Shown here in pieces: positions 1-10,039 of a stretch of DNA of 64,000 nt. The notes beneath the pieces are model-generated. The model worked only from the letters and a program-made list of their open reading frames with translations, was not told the origin of the DNA and searched no databases. Both the position numbers and the translations under genes were made by a program. How positions within the stretch are numbered: position 1 is the first letter of the stretch; every line of letters starts with the position of its first letter. The DNA is from an uncultured Spirochaetales bacterium (GTDB lineage Bacteria > Myxococcota_A > UBA9160 > JAFDET01), in assembly GCA_964442285.1 (NCBI GenBank), contig CAYTZH010000002.1, positions 36,260 to 100,259 of the forward strand, in the 5' to 3' direction.

Positions 1-239
1 AGCTCGTGGAGACCCGCGAGCAGCTCGACTGGATCTGCGAGGGCCGGGGACCCCTGGCGGAGCACCCGATCCTGCGGCGGACCCTGGCGGTGCGCGACCG
101 CTACCTGCACCCCCTGCACGCGCTGCAGGTGGAGCTCCTGGCCCGCACCCGTGCCATGGAGACGCCGGACCCGGACACGGACCGCGCGCTGCTGCTCACC
201 ATCAACGGGATCGCCGCGGGCCTGCGCAACACGGGCTAG
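1..239 (+). CDS. ppc: Phosphoenolpyruvate carboxylase, C-terminal fragment (gene starts upstream of window)
   Basis: Translation ends ...[19 protein letters not shown], the canonical PEPC C-terminus. Strong third-position GC. Confidence 0.85.
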   Translation, partial: LVETREQLDWICEGRGPLAEHPILRRTLAVRDRYLHPLHALQVELLARTRAMETPDPDTDRALLLTINGIAAGLRNTG

Positions 240-1144
240 TCGTCGGTGGGGCGCCGGACGTGGGGCTGGGACCGGGGCCGCGCGAGGACCAGGACGGCCA
301 GCGGCCCGAGCAGCCAGGCCAGCGCCGGCTCCGGCACCTCCTCGAAGCCCGTGGTCACGATGCGGAAGGGCGAGCCCACCCCGGCCGGGTCGCGGGCGAA
401 GGCCGAGGCGAAGGTCTCGCCGCCGCGGCCCCGGACCTTGACCCTGACGTCTCCGACGGGGTTGATCTTCTCCCCGATCGCGACCGAGCTGATGTCGACG
501 CTGATGGTGAGCGGGCGCAGCCGGTAGGTGTAGCCGGCGCCCCCGAAGGTGGGCCCCACGCCGCGATCGGGGGAGGCGGGGCCGGAGGCGGTTCCGCGGA
601 GCTCGTAGCGCTCATCGACGATGCCGTAGCCGCCCGCGTCGCCCTGGATCTTGGCCTCGACCTCGAAGCGGGCGAATCCGCAGTTCGCGCCGCAGCCGAT
701 GATCCCCACGTCCCCGACGAGCCGGAACTCGGCCTCGAGGTCGAAGCCCTGGATGACCGAGCCCCCGTCGAAGAGGTCGAGCGTGGCTCCGGTAATCTCG
801 AAGGCGAACGTGGCGTCGTCCGCCGTCCGGCGAAAGATCGTGCTGTAGAGGGCGAAAGCCTCGCCCTGGAACGCCTGGGTGCCCGTGGTCGCGCTGGCCC
901 AGAAGGTGCCGGTGGCGTCGGCGTAGCCCTCTGCGACCGCCGGCGGCGCAAAGGGCGCCTGGGGGCCGAGGTCGACGGACGTGTAGGCGGCGACGCGTGC
1001 ATTCTCCTGCGTCGACTCCAGAACCGAGCCGGTCACCGCGTTCCGCCGCCAGGCATCCACCGAGAGCGCAACCGAGGCGGAGGCGGGAAGGAGGGTGAGC
1101 AGGGTGGCGAGACCGAGGAGAGCGAGCGGGGCAGGGGTGCGCAT
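236..1144 (-). CDS. Secreted protein with C-terminal PEP-CTERM sorting signal
   Basis: N-terminal signal peptide [24 protein letters not shown]-terminus is [23 protein letters not shown] (PEP motif, hydrophobic helix, basic tail). GGAGG lies 6 nt upstream of the ATG. Confidence 0.75.
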   Translation of the reverse strand: MRTPAPLALLGLATLLTLLPASASVALSVDAWRRNAVTGSVLESTQENARVAAYTSVDLGPQAPFAPPAVAEGYADATGTFWASATTGTQAFQGEAFALYSTIFRRTADDATFAFEITGATLDLFDGGSVIQGFDLEAEFRLVGDVGIIGCGANCGFARFEVEAKIQGDAGGYGIVDERYELRGTASGPASPDRGVGPTFGGAGYTYRLRPLTISVDISSVAIGEKINPVGDVRVKVRGRGGETFASAFARDPAGVGSPFRIVTTGFEEVPEPALAWLLGPLAVLVLARPRSQPHVRRPTDD

Positions 1145-1217
1145 GGGAGCCTCCGGTGGCAGCCCCTTCCCGGCGCCCAGAGATCGCCCACGCAGCCCGG
1201 TCGGGCCATAGGTAAAT

Positions 1218-2498
1218 CTACGACGGGCCGGGCCCGGCCCCCGCCCCGACGCCCGAGAGCTTCGCCGCCAGCTCGGCCCGCGAGCCGACGCGGAGCTTGC
1301 GATAGATGGATTGGGCCTGGTTGGCGACGGTGCGCTCGGACACGCCGCGTCGGGCGGCGATCTCCCGCGCGGTGCCGCCGAGCAGCAGCGCCACGGCCAC
1401 CTCGCGCTCGCTCTCGGTGAGGCGGGCTAGCGCCCCGGCGTCGCCGACGGCGAGCTCTCCGAACGCCAGTGGCTCCCCCGCCAGCTCGAGCTCGCGGAAG
1501 CGCTGGCGCAGACCCGTGGGCGCGAAGAACGCCGCCAGCTCCGGGAGCGAGCCGATGCCGAGCTTGCGCCGGGCGCTGGCGAGGGCGCTGGTGACGGTGG
1601 TGTAGGCGAGGCCCAGGGCGTAGGCGATCTCCTTCGGCGCGTAGCCGAAGCCGAGCTGCTCGCAGACGACGACCTCACGATGGGTGAGGCCGCGCGGATC
1701 CACCTCGCCCCGGTCGTTGCGCCGCGCCACCACGAAGCGCCGGCCGTCGCTGTCGAGGAGGTCGACCAGGGACCAGCGGCCGCGGACGAGGCCCTCCCAG
1801 AGGGTCATGGCCTCCTCGGGGTCGCTGCGACGCAGGCCGCCGCGGGCGCGCTCGGCGCGGACCACCGCGTCGTGGAGCGCCGAGCGCGCCGACTTCGACG
1901 CGGCGGAGGCCCGCGCGTCCCGCACCGCGCCCGACGGGTCGAGCACTGCCTCGACGTCTGCGTCCTCCGCCGTGGGCGCGAGGCCGGCCAAGGCGCGGCG
2001 CAGCCGGTACCCGCCCGCGACGTGAGGGGCCACGCGCCGCCAGCGCGCCTTGTCGGACTTCGACAGGAGCACGGGCTCCCGGGTGGGGGCGTTCACGGCC
2101 ACGCCCAGGCCGTCCCCGGCCTGGGCGATGATCCCGACCACGTCCGGGGCGCGACCGCCCGAGACGGCGAGCAGACGCGCGCGCGCCTCGGGCACGTCGC
2201 CGAAGAGGGCCTCCGAGAGCGAGGAGGCGGGCCGAGGCGAGCGGTAGACCCGCTCGACGCCCTGCGCCGGGATGCCCTCGATCGAGGCCGCGGCCTCCCG
2301 GGCGATCTCCGGCGAGGTGGCGGCCACGCCATCGAAGCGGACGCCGCCGGGCACCAGCGCGAAGGCCTGGGCCGAGGTGCCATCCCCGTGATCGAGGATC
2401 GGCCGGGCCGTCCGCACGAGCCCGCCGAGCCACTCCTCGAGGGAGCCGTCGAGGCGGTAGGCGGCCTCGACGATCGCGATCCAGTCCTGCCTGGGCAC
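1218..2498 (-). CDS. LuxR/GerE-family regulator with two tandem C-terminal HTH domains
   Basis: Two LuxR-type HTH segments: LTHREVVVCEQLGFGYAPKEIAYALGLAYTTVTSALASARRKLG and LTESEREVAVALLLGGTAREIAARRGVSERTVANQAQSIYRKLRV. Start is uncertain: GTG at 2498 is chosen, an ATG at 2666 is possible. The rest of the 613-aa track ORF looks non-coding. Confidence 0.7.
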   Translation of the reverse strand: MPRQDWIAIVEAAYRLDGSLEEWLGGLVRTARPILDHGDGTSAQAFALVPGGVRFDGVAATSPEIAREAAASIEGIPAQGVERVYRSPRPASSLSEALFGDVPEARARLLAVSGGRAPDVVGIIAQAGDGLGVAVNAPTREPVLLSKSDKARWRRVAPHVAGGYRLRRALAGLAPTAEDADVEAVLDPSGAVRDARASAASKSARSALHDAVVRAERARGGLRRSDPEEAMTLWEGLVRGRWSLVDLLDSDGRRFVVARRNDRGEVDPRGLTHREVVVCEQLGFGYAPKEIAYALGLAYTTVTSALASARRKLGIGSLPELAAFFAPTGLRQRFRELELAGEPLAFGELAVGDAGALARLTESEREVAVALLLGGTAREIAARRGVSERTVANQAQSIYRKLRVGSRAELAAKLSGVGAGAGPGPS

Positions 2499-2654
2499 GG
2501 GCGCGGAGCCTACCGCAGCGCGCCTCGGGTCGACCTCTCGATTCCCCCAGGGGAAAAGCCCGCTCCGGGCAAAGGCTGAGGCGCCGGCCGGCCGACAAGC
2601 AGGAGCGTCGGGGCCGTCGGTCGGCCCCGGGCCATTCCAGGGGAGGGACCGCCC

Positions 2655-3110
2655 ATGTGCCGCCATCCGCTCGCCGCCACGCTCGGGGTGCTCGCGCTGC
2701 TCGCCGTCGTCGGGGCCACGCCGGCCGAGGCCGGCCCCCGGCAGACCCAGACCGAGGCCACGTTCGTGGGCTACGACGCGGAGGCCCAGAGGATCACCGT
2801 GAAGGTGCGCCGCACCGGTCGCGGCCGGGGCGCGGCCGTGCCCGCCCAGCTCAAGCTCAAGCGCGGGGAGGAGGCGGCCTTCAACGTGAAGGACGGCTCC
2901 TCGGTGCTGACCTCCACGATTGTCAAGAGCAAGCAGGGCACGCGCATGCAGCTCCAGGAGCTGCAGCCCGGGACCAAGCTGCTCGTGTTCTGGGTGCCCG
3001 ACCCGAAGGACGGCAACGCGCGCTTCGCCCGCTCGATCTCGGTCTACGTCCACGCCCACGACTGGAAGGGGGCGAAGGACGCGCAGCTGCCCGCCGCCGC
3101 CCCGGAGTAG
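2655..3110 (+). CDS. Small secreted hypothetical protein
   Basis: Signal peptide MCRHPLAATLGVLALLAVVGATPAEA. GGGAGGGA RBS upstream of the ATG. Good GC3 bias. No recognisable domain. Confidence 0.6.
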   Translation: MCRHPLAATLGVLALLAVVGATPAEAGPRQTQTEATFVGYDAEAQRITVKVRRTGRGRGAAVPAQLKLKRGEEAAFNVKDGSSVLTSTIVKSKQGTRMQLQELQPGTKLLVFWVPDPKDGNARFARSISVYVHAHDWKGAKDAQLPAAAPE

Positions 3111-3113
3111 CCC

Positions 3114-5690
3114 CTAGGTCCGGAAGCGGCGCACGTCCTGGCGCAGGGCCTCCGCCTGCGCCCGCAGCATCTCCGTCGCTTCGCTCAGTCGTCTCGCCGC
3201 GTCCTCGTTGCTGCGGGTGCGCTGGAAGATCTGCTCGAGGCCCGAGGCCACCTCGCTGCACGACGCCGACTGCTGCTGCAGGCTGCCGTTCATGCGATCG
3301 ACCGCGTTGCGCACGTTCTCCATGCTGTCGCGGATGCCCGCCGCCCCGCGCGCCTGCTCGTCGGTCGTGCGGCTCACCTGCTGCGCGGCATTGCGGACGG
3401 CGGTGGTGCTGCGCATCACCACCTCGTTGCCGCGCTCCTGCTCCTCGCCCGCCCTGCGGATGATCGTCACCCCCTGGCTGACCCGTTCCATCAGGTCGGC
3501 CACGTGGGAGGCAGCCTGGCTCTGCTGCTGCACGGCCTGGACGATCTCCTGGATGCGCCCTCCGCTGTCGCGGGCGGCCGTCGTGATCTCCTCGAGGGAG
3601 ACTCCCGCCTCGGCGGCCAGCGCGACGCCTTCCTGCACGCGATGGGTTCCGCCTTCGATGGCGGCGACCGCGTTGCCGCTCTCGTCCTGGACGGCACGGA
3701 TCAGGCTCGCGATCTCCTTGGTGCTGGTCAGCACGCGATCGGCCAGCTCGGTGATCTCGTCGGCGACGACGGAGAACGCCTTGCCCTGATCTCCCGCCTG
3801 GGCGGCGATGATGGCGGCGTTCAGCGCGAGCAGGCTCGTCTCGTCCGCGACCTCGTCGATGACGTCGACGATCGCGCCGATCTCCTGGATGCGGGTGCCC
3901 AGCGCCCCGACGGCGGTCTCGACGGTGGAGGTCGCGTCGCGGATCGCGTCCATGCCCGCGATGGTCTGGCGGACGCGCTCGCGCCCGCTCTCGGAGGCGG
4001 TGACCACCCGCGAGGAGAGGCGCGCGGCCTCGGAGGCGTTGGCCTCCACCTCCTGCATCGAGGTCGCCATCTCGGTCATCGACGAGGAGGTCTCCGAGAC
4101 GGCGCCCGAGAGCTGCTCCGAGCTCTCCCCGATCGAACGCACGCTCCGGACCATCTGCTCGACCGAGCTCCCGGCCGTCTCGAGCTGCTCCGAGAGCGAG
4201 CCGGCCGTCTGGTTCAGCTCCGCCCCGGCGGCGCCGAGCTCGATCAGCGAGCTGCTGGCCCCCTCCACGTTGCCGTTGAGGACCTCGACGGACTGGGCCA
4301 GTCCGCCGATCTCGTCGTCCACGGCGCGCATCGAGCTCCGCGAGTGCCCCAGGGCCAGGGTCTGCTCGGAGGTGGCCTCGGCCACGCTGCCGCCGGCCTC
4401 GGCGATCGCCTGGGCCGCGTTCTCGACCCCGTCGGCCGCCTCGGCGACCCGGCCCACGGTGGCCCGCAGCGACCCGGCCATCCGTTCGAAGGCGCGCGCC
4501 AGCTCGCCGAGCTCGTCCTCGCTCTCCACCACGTCGCCCTGGGTGAGGTCGCCCCCGGAGATGCGCTCGGCCTCGCTGCGCAGGCGTCTGACGGTGGTGC
4601 CGACGTCGCGGGCCAGGAAGTGCGCGCAGGCCAGACCCACCGCGGCCAGGAAGAGGGCCAGGGTGGCGATCAGGAGCCGCGTTGCCGTGAGGTCGCCCGT
4701 GAGCGCGTCGCGCTCGATCACCGTCACGAGGAGGTGGTCCTCGTCGACCTCGATGGGCACCCAGGCGAAGGCGTGGGTCGACTCGAAGCCCATGCTGTTG
4801 GCCCCGACGCCGCCGCCTCGCACGATCCAGGCGCGCTCGCTCTCGGTGAGGGCGTCCTCGGGTCCGTCGGCGATCCGTCCGTCGTGGCGGTTCACGACCA
4901 CCAGCGCGGCGCCGATCCCGAGCTCCTGCAGGTCGTCGCGGGCGATGTTGAGGACCGGGTCGCCGGGGCCGTCGATCCGGGTGGCCATGCGCTCCAGGTA
5001 GCCGGTCTGGATGCGGGTCGCGTAGGCCTCGATGGGCCGCCGCGAGAGGAGGTCGCTCACGACGCCGGCCAGCAGGGCGCTCGAGAGGACCAGGCCGGTC
5101 AGCGAGACCCGCAGCTTGCTCCCCAGGGTGAGCGGATGCATGAGCCGCTGTCGCTCGTGGGGGTCCCGCAGGCGCGTGGCCCAGCGGTCGCGAAGCCGCT
5201 CGACCAGGCGCCGATCCAGCAGGTAGGTGAAGACGGCGCAGCTCATGCCGCCGCCCACGGTGAAGGCCAGGACCGTGACCGACGCCTCCAGCGGGAAGTC
5301 GCGGAAGCGGAGGGTCATGCAGGCGGGGATCACCACCCCGGCACCGAGCCAGGTGCCCAGGGAGAAGCGGATCCCGTGGACCGGGAACTTGACGGCCGCC
5401 GCGAAGCCCCGCCGCAGGCATTCGCCGTCCAGCGCATCCGCCGCCTCGGCGTCGAGCGCCGCCTGGATCGGCCCGTCCACCCGCGACAGCGTGAGGTGCG
5501 TGAGCGCGCCGTACACCAGGCTGTAGAGGCCCGTCACGATCGCGAACCAGCGCCACTGCTCGGAGGTCAGCTCGAGGAGCGCGAGCAGGAAGCCGGCCAT
5601 GACCGCGGCCACGCCGAAGCCGGCCAGCGCACGCCCGGCCTGTGACTTCCGGCGGAACTGGGATCCGTTGCGGTATCGACGCTCGCTCAC
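3114..5690 (-). CDS. Methyl-accepting chemotaxis protein with multi-TM N-terminal module and HAMP domain
   Basis: Conserved MCP signalling hairpin ADETSLLALNAAIIAAQAGDQGKAFSVVADEITELADRV. HAMP-like DELGELARAFERMAGSL. Several N-terminal TM helices. GTG start with GGGGAG upstream. Confidence 0.9.
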   Translation of the reverse strand: MSERRYRNGSQFRRKSQAGRALAGFGVAAVMAGFLLALLELTSEQWRWFAIVTGLYSLVYGALTHLTLSRVDGPIQAALDAEAADALDGECLRRGFAAAVKFPVHGIRFSLGTWLGAGVVIPACMTLRFRDFPLEASVTVLAFTVGGGMSCAVFTYLLDRRLVERLRDRWATRLRDPHERQRLMHPLTLGSKLRVSLTGLVLSSALLAGVVSDLLSRRPIEAYATRIQTGYLERMATRIDGPGDPVLNIARDDLQELGIGAALVVVNRHDGRIADGPEDALTESERAWIVRGGGVGANSMGFESTHAFAWVPIEVDEDHLLVTVIERDALTGDLTATRLLIATLALFLAAVGLACAHFLARDVGTTVRRLRSEAERISGGDLTQGDVVESEDELGELARAFERMAGSLRATVGRVAEAADGVENAAQAIAEAGGSVAEATSEQTLALGHSRSSMRAVDDEIGGLAQSVEVLNGNVEGASSSLIELGAAGAELNQTAGSLSEQLETAGSSVEQMVRSVRSIGESSEQLSGAVSETSSSMTEMATSMQEVEANASEAARLSSRVVTASESGRERVRQTIAGMDAIRDATSTVETAVGALGTRIQEIGAIVDVIDEVADETSLLALNAAIIAAQAGDQGKAFSVVADEITELADRVLTSTKEIASLIRAVQDESGNAVAAIEGGTHRVQEGVALAAEAGVSLEEITTAARDSGGRIQEIVQAVQQQSQAASHVADLMERVSQGVTIIRRAGEEQERGNEVVMRSTTAVRNAAQQVSRTTDEQARGAAGIRDSMENVRNAVDRMNGSLQQQSASCSEVASGLEQIFQRTRSNEDAARRLSEATEMLRAQAEALRQDVRRFRT

Positions 5691-5829
5691 GCACTCCCCA
5701 AGGGCCCACTGGGCGCTTGGGTTGGATCGGAGCTCCGAAGCGCTTTCTTGAGCCCGGAAAGGGGGTTCGAAGCGTCGCCCGCGTCCCCTCGCGCACGCGT
5801 GCCCAGGCGCCCGCGGCGCCCGGCCGGCC

Positions 5830-6189
5830 CTAGGCGGGTGCCCTCCGCGCGGTGGCGCGCTGCCTGCCCAGGAAGAGCTCGGCCCAGTCGCCCCTTGCCT
5901 GGAAGCTGGCCACGAACAGGTAGGCGGTGAGGAAGGGCGCCCCGAGGAAGAAGCCCAGGAACATCAGGACCCGTCCGGCCGGGGAGAAGTGGTGGCGCCA
6001 GCCGAGCCAGGTGCCCGAGAGCAGCAGGAAGCCCATGAAGTCCACGTTGAACTGGCCCCGCCAGCCCATCCGGACGATGTCGCCGAAGAATATGGTCAGC
6101 AGGCCCGGTCCGTGCTCCGCGACGACGACGCCGGTGTACAGGACGATCGGGACGAAGATGGCGGCGAGCAGGATGCGGAACGGGCCCAT
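5830..6189 (-). CDS. Small integral membrane protein (about 3-4 TM), unknown function
   Basis: Internal ATG at 6189 preceded by GGAGGAGACC. Hydrophobic translation MGPFRILLAAIFVPIVLYTGVVVAEHGPGLL... The upstream part of the track ORF is low-complexity. Confidence 0.6.
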   Translation of the reverse strand: MGPFRILLAAIFVPIVLYTGVVVAEHGPGLLTIFFGDIVRMGWRGQFNVDFMGFLLLSGTWLGWRHHFSPAGRVLMFLGFFLGAPFLTAYLFVASFQARGDWAELFLGRQRATARRAPA

Positions 6190-6280
6190 GGGTCTCCTCC
6201 GTGAAGCGCCCGGCAGGGGCCCGGACGCGACCAGCGCTACAGTCCGTAGCCCAGATGATCGCGAACTTCCGGAGCGCGCC

Positions 6281-7252
6281 ATGGCGAGGATCCTCGGCAA
6301 CCTGAAGCCCGAAGACGACGGCCTCCACCCCCTGGGCCCCGAGCCCAACTTCAACGAGAGCATGTACTTCAACTTCTTCGATCCGGAGAAGGCGCTGGGG
6401 GGCTTCGTGCGGCTCGGGAACCGCGCCAACGAGGGTCAGGCCGAGATGACGGTCTGCCTGTTCCTGCCCGACGAGCGCGTCCTGTTCGCGTTCAAGCGCG
6501 CGAAGATCGACTCCAACGACGCCTTCGACGCCGGCGGGCTGCGTTTCGAGGTGCTCGAGCCGACGGAGAGGCTGCGGACCCGCTACGACGGCGGCGTGAT
6601 CGAGCTCGCCAACCCCCGGGCCCTCGCCGATCCGGGCCGCGCCTTTCGCGAGAGCCCGCGTCGGCGGATCGGCCTCTCGCTCCTGCACGAGGCCGTGGGC
6701 CCCATGTACGGCCAGTCCCACGACGCGGCGGAGGCCGAGCGCGACCCGGAGAAGCAGTTCGCCAAGGCCCACTACGAGCAGCACATGCGGGTGAGCGGCA
6801 CGATCGACCTGGGCGAGGAGAGCCTCGAGATCGCCGGCTACGGCCTGCGCGACCACAGCTGGGGGCCGCGCTACTGGCAGGCCATCGAGCGCTACGAGTG
6901 GCTGACCCTGAACTTCGGGCCGGACCTGGGGGCCATGGTGAGCCGGATCCAGGTGGCGGGTGCCGCGCCCCGGGAGGGGGGCGTGATCGTGCGCGGCGAC
7001 GTCCTGGTTCCCATCACCGGGGTCGAGATCGACGCGGAGTACGAGGACAACGGCCTCTACCACCGCTCGCTGGTGGCGCGGATCGAGACCCGGGACGGCG
7101 AGCGTCACGAGATTCGCGGCGCGGTGAAGGGCTTCGTCCCCCTGCGCAACCGCCGCGGCGGCAGGACCACGCACATCGGCGAGGGGATGACCGCGTGGAC
7201 CTGGGGCGAGCGGACGGGCTTCGGGCTCTCGGAGTTCTTGCGCCAGGTCTGA
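6281..7252 (+). CDS. Conserved hypothetical protein (possibly CrtC/AttH-like beta-barrel family)
   Basis: Starts MARILGNLKPEDDGLHPLGPEPNFNESMYFNFFD and contains RDHSWGPRYW. Coding-like composition. Family assignment is only a recollection. Confidence 0.65.
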   Translation: MARILGNLKPEDDGLHPLGPEPNFNESMYFNFFDPEKALGGFVRLGNRANEGQAEMTVCLFLPDERVLFAFKRAKIDSNDAFDAGGLRFEVLEPTERLRTRYDGGVIELANPRALADPGRAFRESPRRRIGLSLLHEAVGPMYGQSHDAAEAERDPEKQFAKAHYEQHMRVSGTIDLGEESLEIAGYGLRDHSWGPRYWQAIERYEWLTLNFGPDLGAMVSRIQVAGAAPREGGVIVRGDVLVPITGVEIDAEYEDNGLYHRSLVARIETRDGERHEIRGAVKGFVPLRNRRGGRTTHIGEGMTAWTWGERTGFGLSEFLRQV

Positions 7253-8929
7253 TCAGCGCCCGGGCTCCTCGGCGGGGCCGTCGTAGACGATGTATCCGAG
7301 CGCGTTGAGGTTGGCCAGGTCCTCGTTGGAGAACTCGCCGAACTCGGCCATCTCCCGCTCCATGCCGATGGGCCCCCGGTGGTCGTCCATGCGCTGCTTC
7401 CAACCCTCGAACTCGCGGAACAGCGCCTCGGTCTTCTCCGGGTAGCGCTCCGCCAGGTCCACGCGCTCGCCGGGGTCGTTGCGCAGGTCGTATAGCTGGC
7501 GACGCTTCTCGTCCATGCGATAGATCAGCTTCCACCCGTCCCGGATGACGGCCTTCAACCAGCCGCCATCGGTGAGGACCAGGCTTCGCTCGGGATCGAC
7601 ACCACTGAGGTCCAGCGGGCGTCCCCACGAGACGTCCCGCCGGGGCGCACGAAGCCCCGCGATCTCGCGGATCGTCGGCGCCACGTCGATCAGCGACGTC
7701 TCGACCCGGTCGACCCGTCCCGTCTTCCAGTGCGGAGGCTTGATGATCAGCGGCACGCGGATCTGCTCCTGGTGCACGCTGTCCCGGTGGCCCAGGATGC
7801 CCCGCTCCCAGAACGCCTCCCCGTGGTCCGCCGTGAACACGATCAGGGCCTCGTCGTAGAGGCCGCGCTCGCGGAGGGCGTCGAGGACGCGGCCGATGTG
7901 CTCGTCGGTGAAGCGCACCTCCGAGTCGTACAGACCGCGAACGTGGGCCTTGTCTTCGGGGGGCAGGTCGTCGCCGTAGGCCTCCAGGTCGAGCAGGTAG
8001 GGTCCGTCTCCGAGCGTGCTCCTGGAATCCTGGTTGAACTCGTGCTGCCAGTGCCTGAGGTAGTCGCTGTGGGGATCGAAGTAGTGGAGCATCAGGAAGA
8101 ACTTCTCGTCGCCGTGGCGGTCGAGGAAATCGAGGGCCTTGGCGGTGATGGACGGCGACGAGATGTGGCGATGCCCGTTGGCGTTCTCCTGGTCGAAGAC
8201 CTCGAAGCCCTGATCGAAGCGGAGCTGCCGCGCCACGTAGAGATGCGAGACCACCGCATGGGTGCGGTAGTTGTTCTCCCGGAAGATCTCCGCCAGCAAC
8301 ACGAGGTTCCTGGCGAGCTGCACCGGCGGGAAGGTCCAGCTGACCTCCACCGGGTAGCGGGAGGTGAGCAGGGCCGCGGTCGACGGCGCCGTCCAGTTGC
8401 CGGCGGCGATCGCCGTCTCGAAGACGACGGCCTCCCGCGCGAAGGCGTCCAGGTTGGGGCTCGTGTCGCGCTCGTAGCCGTAGACGCCCAGGGCGTCGGC
8501 CCGCAGCGTGTCCACCACGATGAGCACCACCGGCGGGCCGTCCGGCGCGTTGATCCGTCGGTCCAGCTCGATGGCCACGGGCAGCAGCAGGGCCAGGGCG
8601 GGCGCCAGGGCGAGCAGGCGCCGGGCCGTCCCGGGCAGGGCCGGCCAGCCTCGCTCGGGCGCCCGACGGGTTCGTACGCGCCGCCACCGCTCCAGCGGCC
8701 AGCCGAGCACGAGGCCCGCCAGGATCCCCGCCGCGACCGGCAGCGGCAGGGCGAGCCCGAACTCCCGGACGGTGGTGCGCCACATCCCGTTGGCCAGGTA
8801 GGCCTGATCCCGGATGGAGTCGGCCGTCTGCCAGCCGCCGTAGCCCAGGCCGACCAGCGCCCCGAAGATCGCTGCCTCGGGCCAGGCGGTGCGCCCGAAG
8901 CGGGCCATGCGCGCCGCCATTGCTCCCAT
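7253..8929 (-). CDS. Membrane-anchored sulfatase-like hydrolase/transferase (alkaline-phosphatase superfamily, Thr at nucleophile position)
   Basis: Motifs VVLIVVDTLRADALGVYGY, NWTAPSTAALLTSRYP (T replaces the Cys/Ser of C-x-P-x-R), TADHGEAF. N-terminal TM helices. C-terminal LNALGYIV. ATG at 8929 is preferred over GTG at 8932 on SD spacing. Confidence 0.85.
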   Translation of the reverse strand: MGAMAARMARFGRTAWPEAAIFGALVGLGYGGWQTADSIRDQAYLANGMWRTTVREFGLALPLPVAAGILAGLVLGWPLERWRRVRTRRAPERGWPALPGTARRLLALAPALALLLPVAIELDRRINAPDGPPVVLIVVDTLRADALGVYGYERDTSPNLDAFAREAVVFETAIAAGNWTAPSTAALLTSRYPVEVSWTFPPVQLARNLVLLAEIFRENNYRTHAVVSHLYVARQLRFDQGFEVFDQENANGHRHISSPSITAKALDFLDRHGDEKFFLMLHYFDPHSDYLRHWQHEFNQDSRSTLGDGPYLLDLEAYGDDLPPEDKAHVRGLYDSEVRFTDEHIGRVLDALRERGLYDEALIVFTADHGEAFWERGILGHRDSVHQEQIRVPLIIKPPHWKTGRVDRVETSLIDVAPTIREIAGLRAPRRDVSWGRPLDLSGVDPERSLVLTDGGWLKAVIRDGWKLIYRMDEKRRQLYDLRNDPGERVDLAERYPEKTEALFREFEGWKQRMDDHRGPIGMEREMAEFGEFSNEDLANLNALGYIVYDGPAEEPGR

Positions 8930-9069
8930 CACCCCTCCACGCGGACCGCGGGAGTCCCTACCTTCGGCCGGGATCCGCCCTCGCTGAAGCCTCGATCTCC
9001 CCCGGGGAATCGGTCGGGGAGGCGCGAGGGCGGACGCACGGCGGGCTCGAGACGCCCGGGAGGGTCGGC

Positions 9070-9930
9070 ATGGTCGCGGCGAGCGGACCGAACGCGGAGC
9101 AGATCACCTACTGGAACGAGGTCTCGGGACCCAAGTGGGTGGCCCTGGCGGACGTGCTGCACGCCCAGATCGGGCACCTGGGCACCGCCGCCATGGATGC
9201 GCTCGGGCTCGAGCCCGGACAGCGCGTCCTCGACGTGGGCTGCGGCTGCGGGCAGACCGCCCTCGAGCTGGCCACCCGGGTGGGCGCGGGCGGCTCGGTG
9301 GTGGGCCTGGACATCTCGGCGCCCATGTTGGCGGAGGCGCGGCGCCGCGCCGGCGAGGGCGGTGCGGAGAACGTGGCCTTCGTGCACGCCGACGCCCAGA
9401 CCCACACCCTGGAGCCGCAGGCCTTCGATCGCGTCTTCTCGCGCTTCGGCGTCATGTTCTTCGAGGATCCGGCGCAGGCCTTCCGCAACCTGCTCGGCGC
9501 CGTGGCGCCGGCCGGGCGCCTCGCCTTCGTGTGCTGGCAGGCCCTCGGCGCCAACCCCTGGATGACGGTGCCCCTCGGAGCCGTGGCCGAGCACGTGCCC
9601 CTGCCGCCGCCCCCGGAGCCGGGGGCGCCCGGGCCGATGGCCTTCGCCGAACCCGGCCGCGTGGAGCGGATCCTGGGCGAGGCGGGGTGGGACGAGGTCG
9701 CGATCGAGCCCCTCGAGGGGGAGCTCATCGTGGGTCGCGGCATGGCGCTCGCCCAGGCCGTGGAGTTCATGATGCAGGTCGGGCCGGCGTCGCGGCTCCT
9801 CCAGGATGCCGACCCCGAGCTCCGCGAGGCCGCCGCGGCGTCCGTGCGCGAAGCCCTGGCTCCGTTCGAGACGCCCGAGGGCCTCCGCATGGCGTCCGCC
9901 GCCTGGATCGTGCGCGCGCACCGTCCGTGA
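9070..9930 (+). CDS. Class I SAM-dependent methyltransferase
   Basis: SAM-binding motif VLDVGCGCGQTALELA...GSVVGLDISAPML. GGGAGGG RBS 5 nt upstream of the ATG at 9070. Confidence 0.8.
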   Translation: MVAASGPNAEQITYWNEVSGPKWVALADVLHAQIGHLGTAAMDALGLEPGQRVLDVGCGCGQTALELATRVGAGGSVVGLDISAPMLAEARRRAGEGGAENVAFVHADAQTHTLEPQAFDRVFSRFGVMFFEDPAQAFRNLLGAVAPAGRLAFVCWQALGANPWMTVPLGAVAEHVPLPPPPEPGAPGPMAFAEPGRVERILGEAGWDEVAIEPLEGELIVGRGMALAQAVEFMMQVGPASRLLQDADPELREAAAASVREALAPFETPEGLRMASAAWIVRAHRP

Positions 9931-10039
9931 CCGCGAGCCCCGACCCGGGGAACGCCGAGCGCTCGGGCCGGGATCCGAGCCCGCCGAAGATCCTCAAGCC
10001 GCTGGAAGCGGCGGCAGAGTCGTTCGTCTTCGGCCCGCC

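Noticed and set aside
2923-5796. Very long ORFs overlapping the MCP gene in other frames or on the other strand (2923..5796 minus, 3504..5645 plus, 3808..5001 plus)
   Set aside because: Translations are Arg/Pro/Gly/Ala low-complexity with no motifs. They overlap a gene with an unmistakable MCP signalling domain. These are typical stop-codon-poor shadow ORFs of high-GC DNA.
9955-9966. Palindrome CCGAGCGCTCGG between the convergent methyltransferase and NADK-like genes as a terminator
   Set aside because: A perfect 12-bp palindrome with no loop gives only a 4-bp stem if folded, there is no U-tract, and such GC palindromes are common in this composition.
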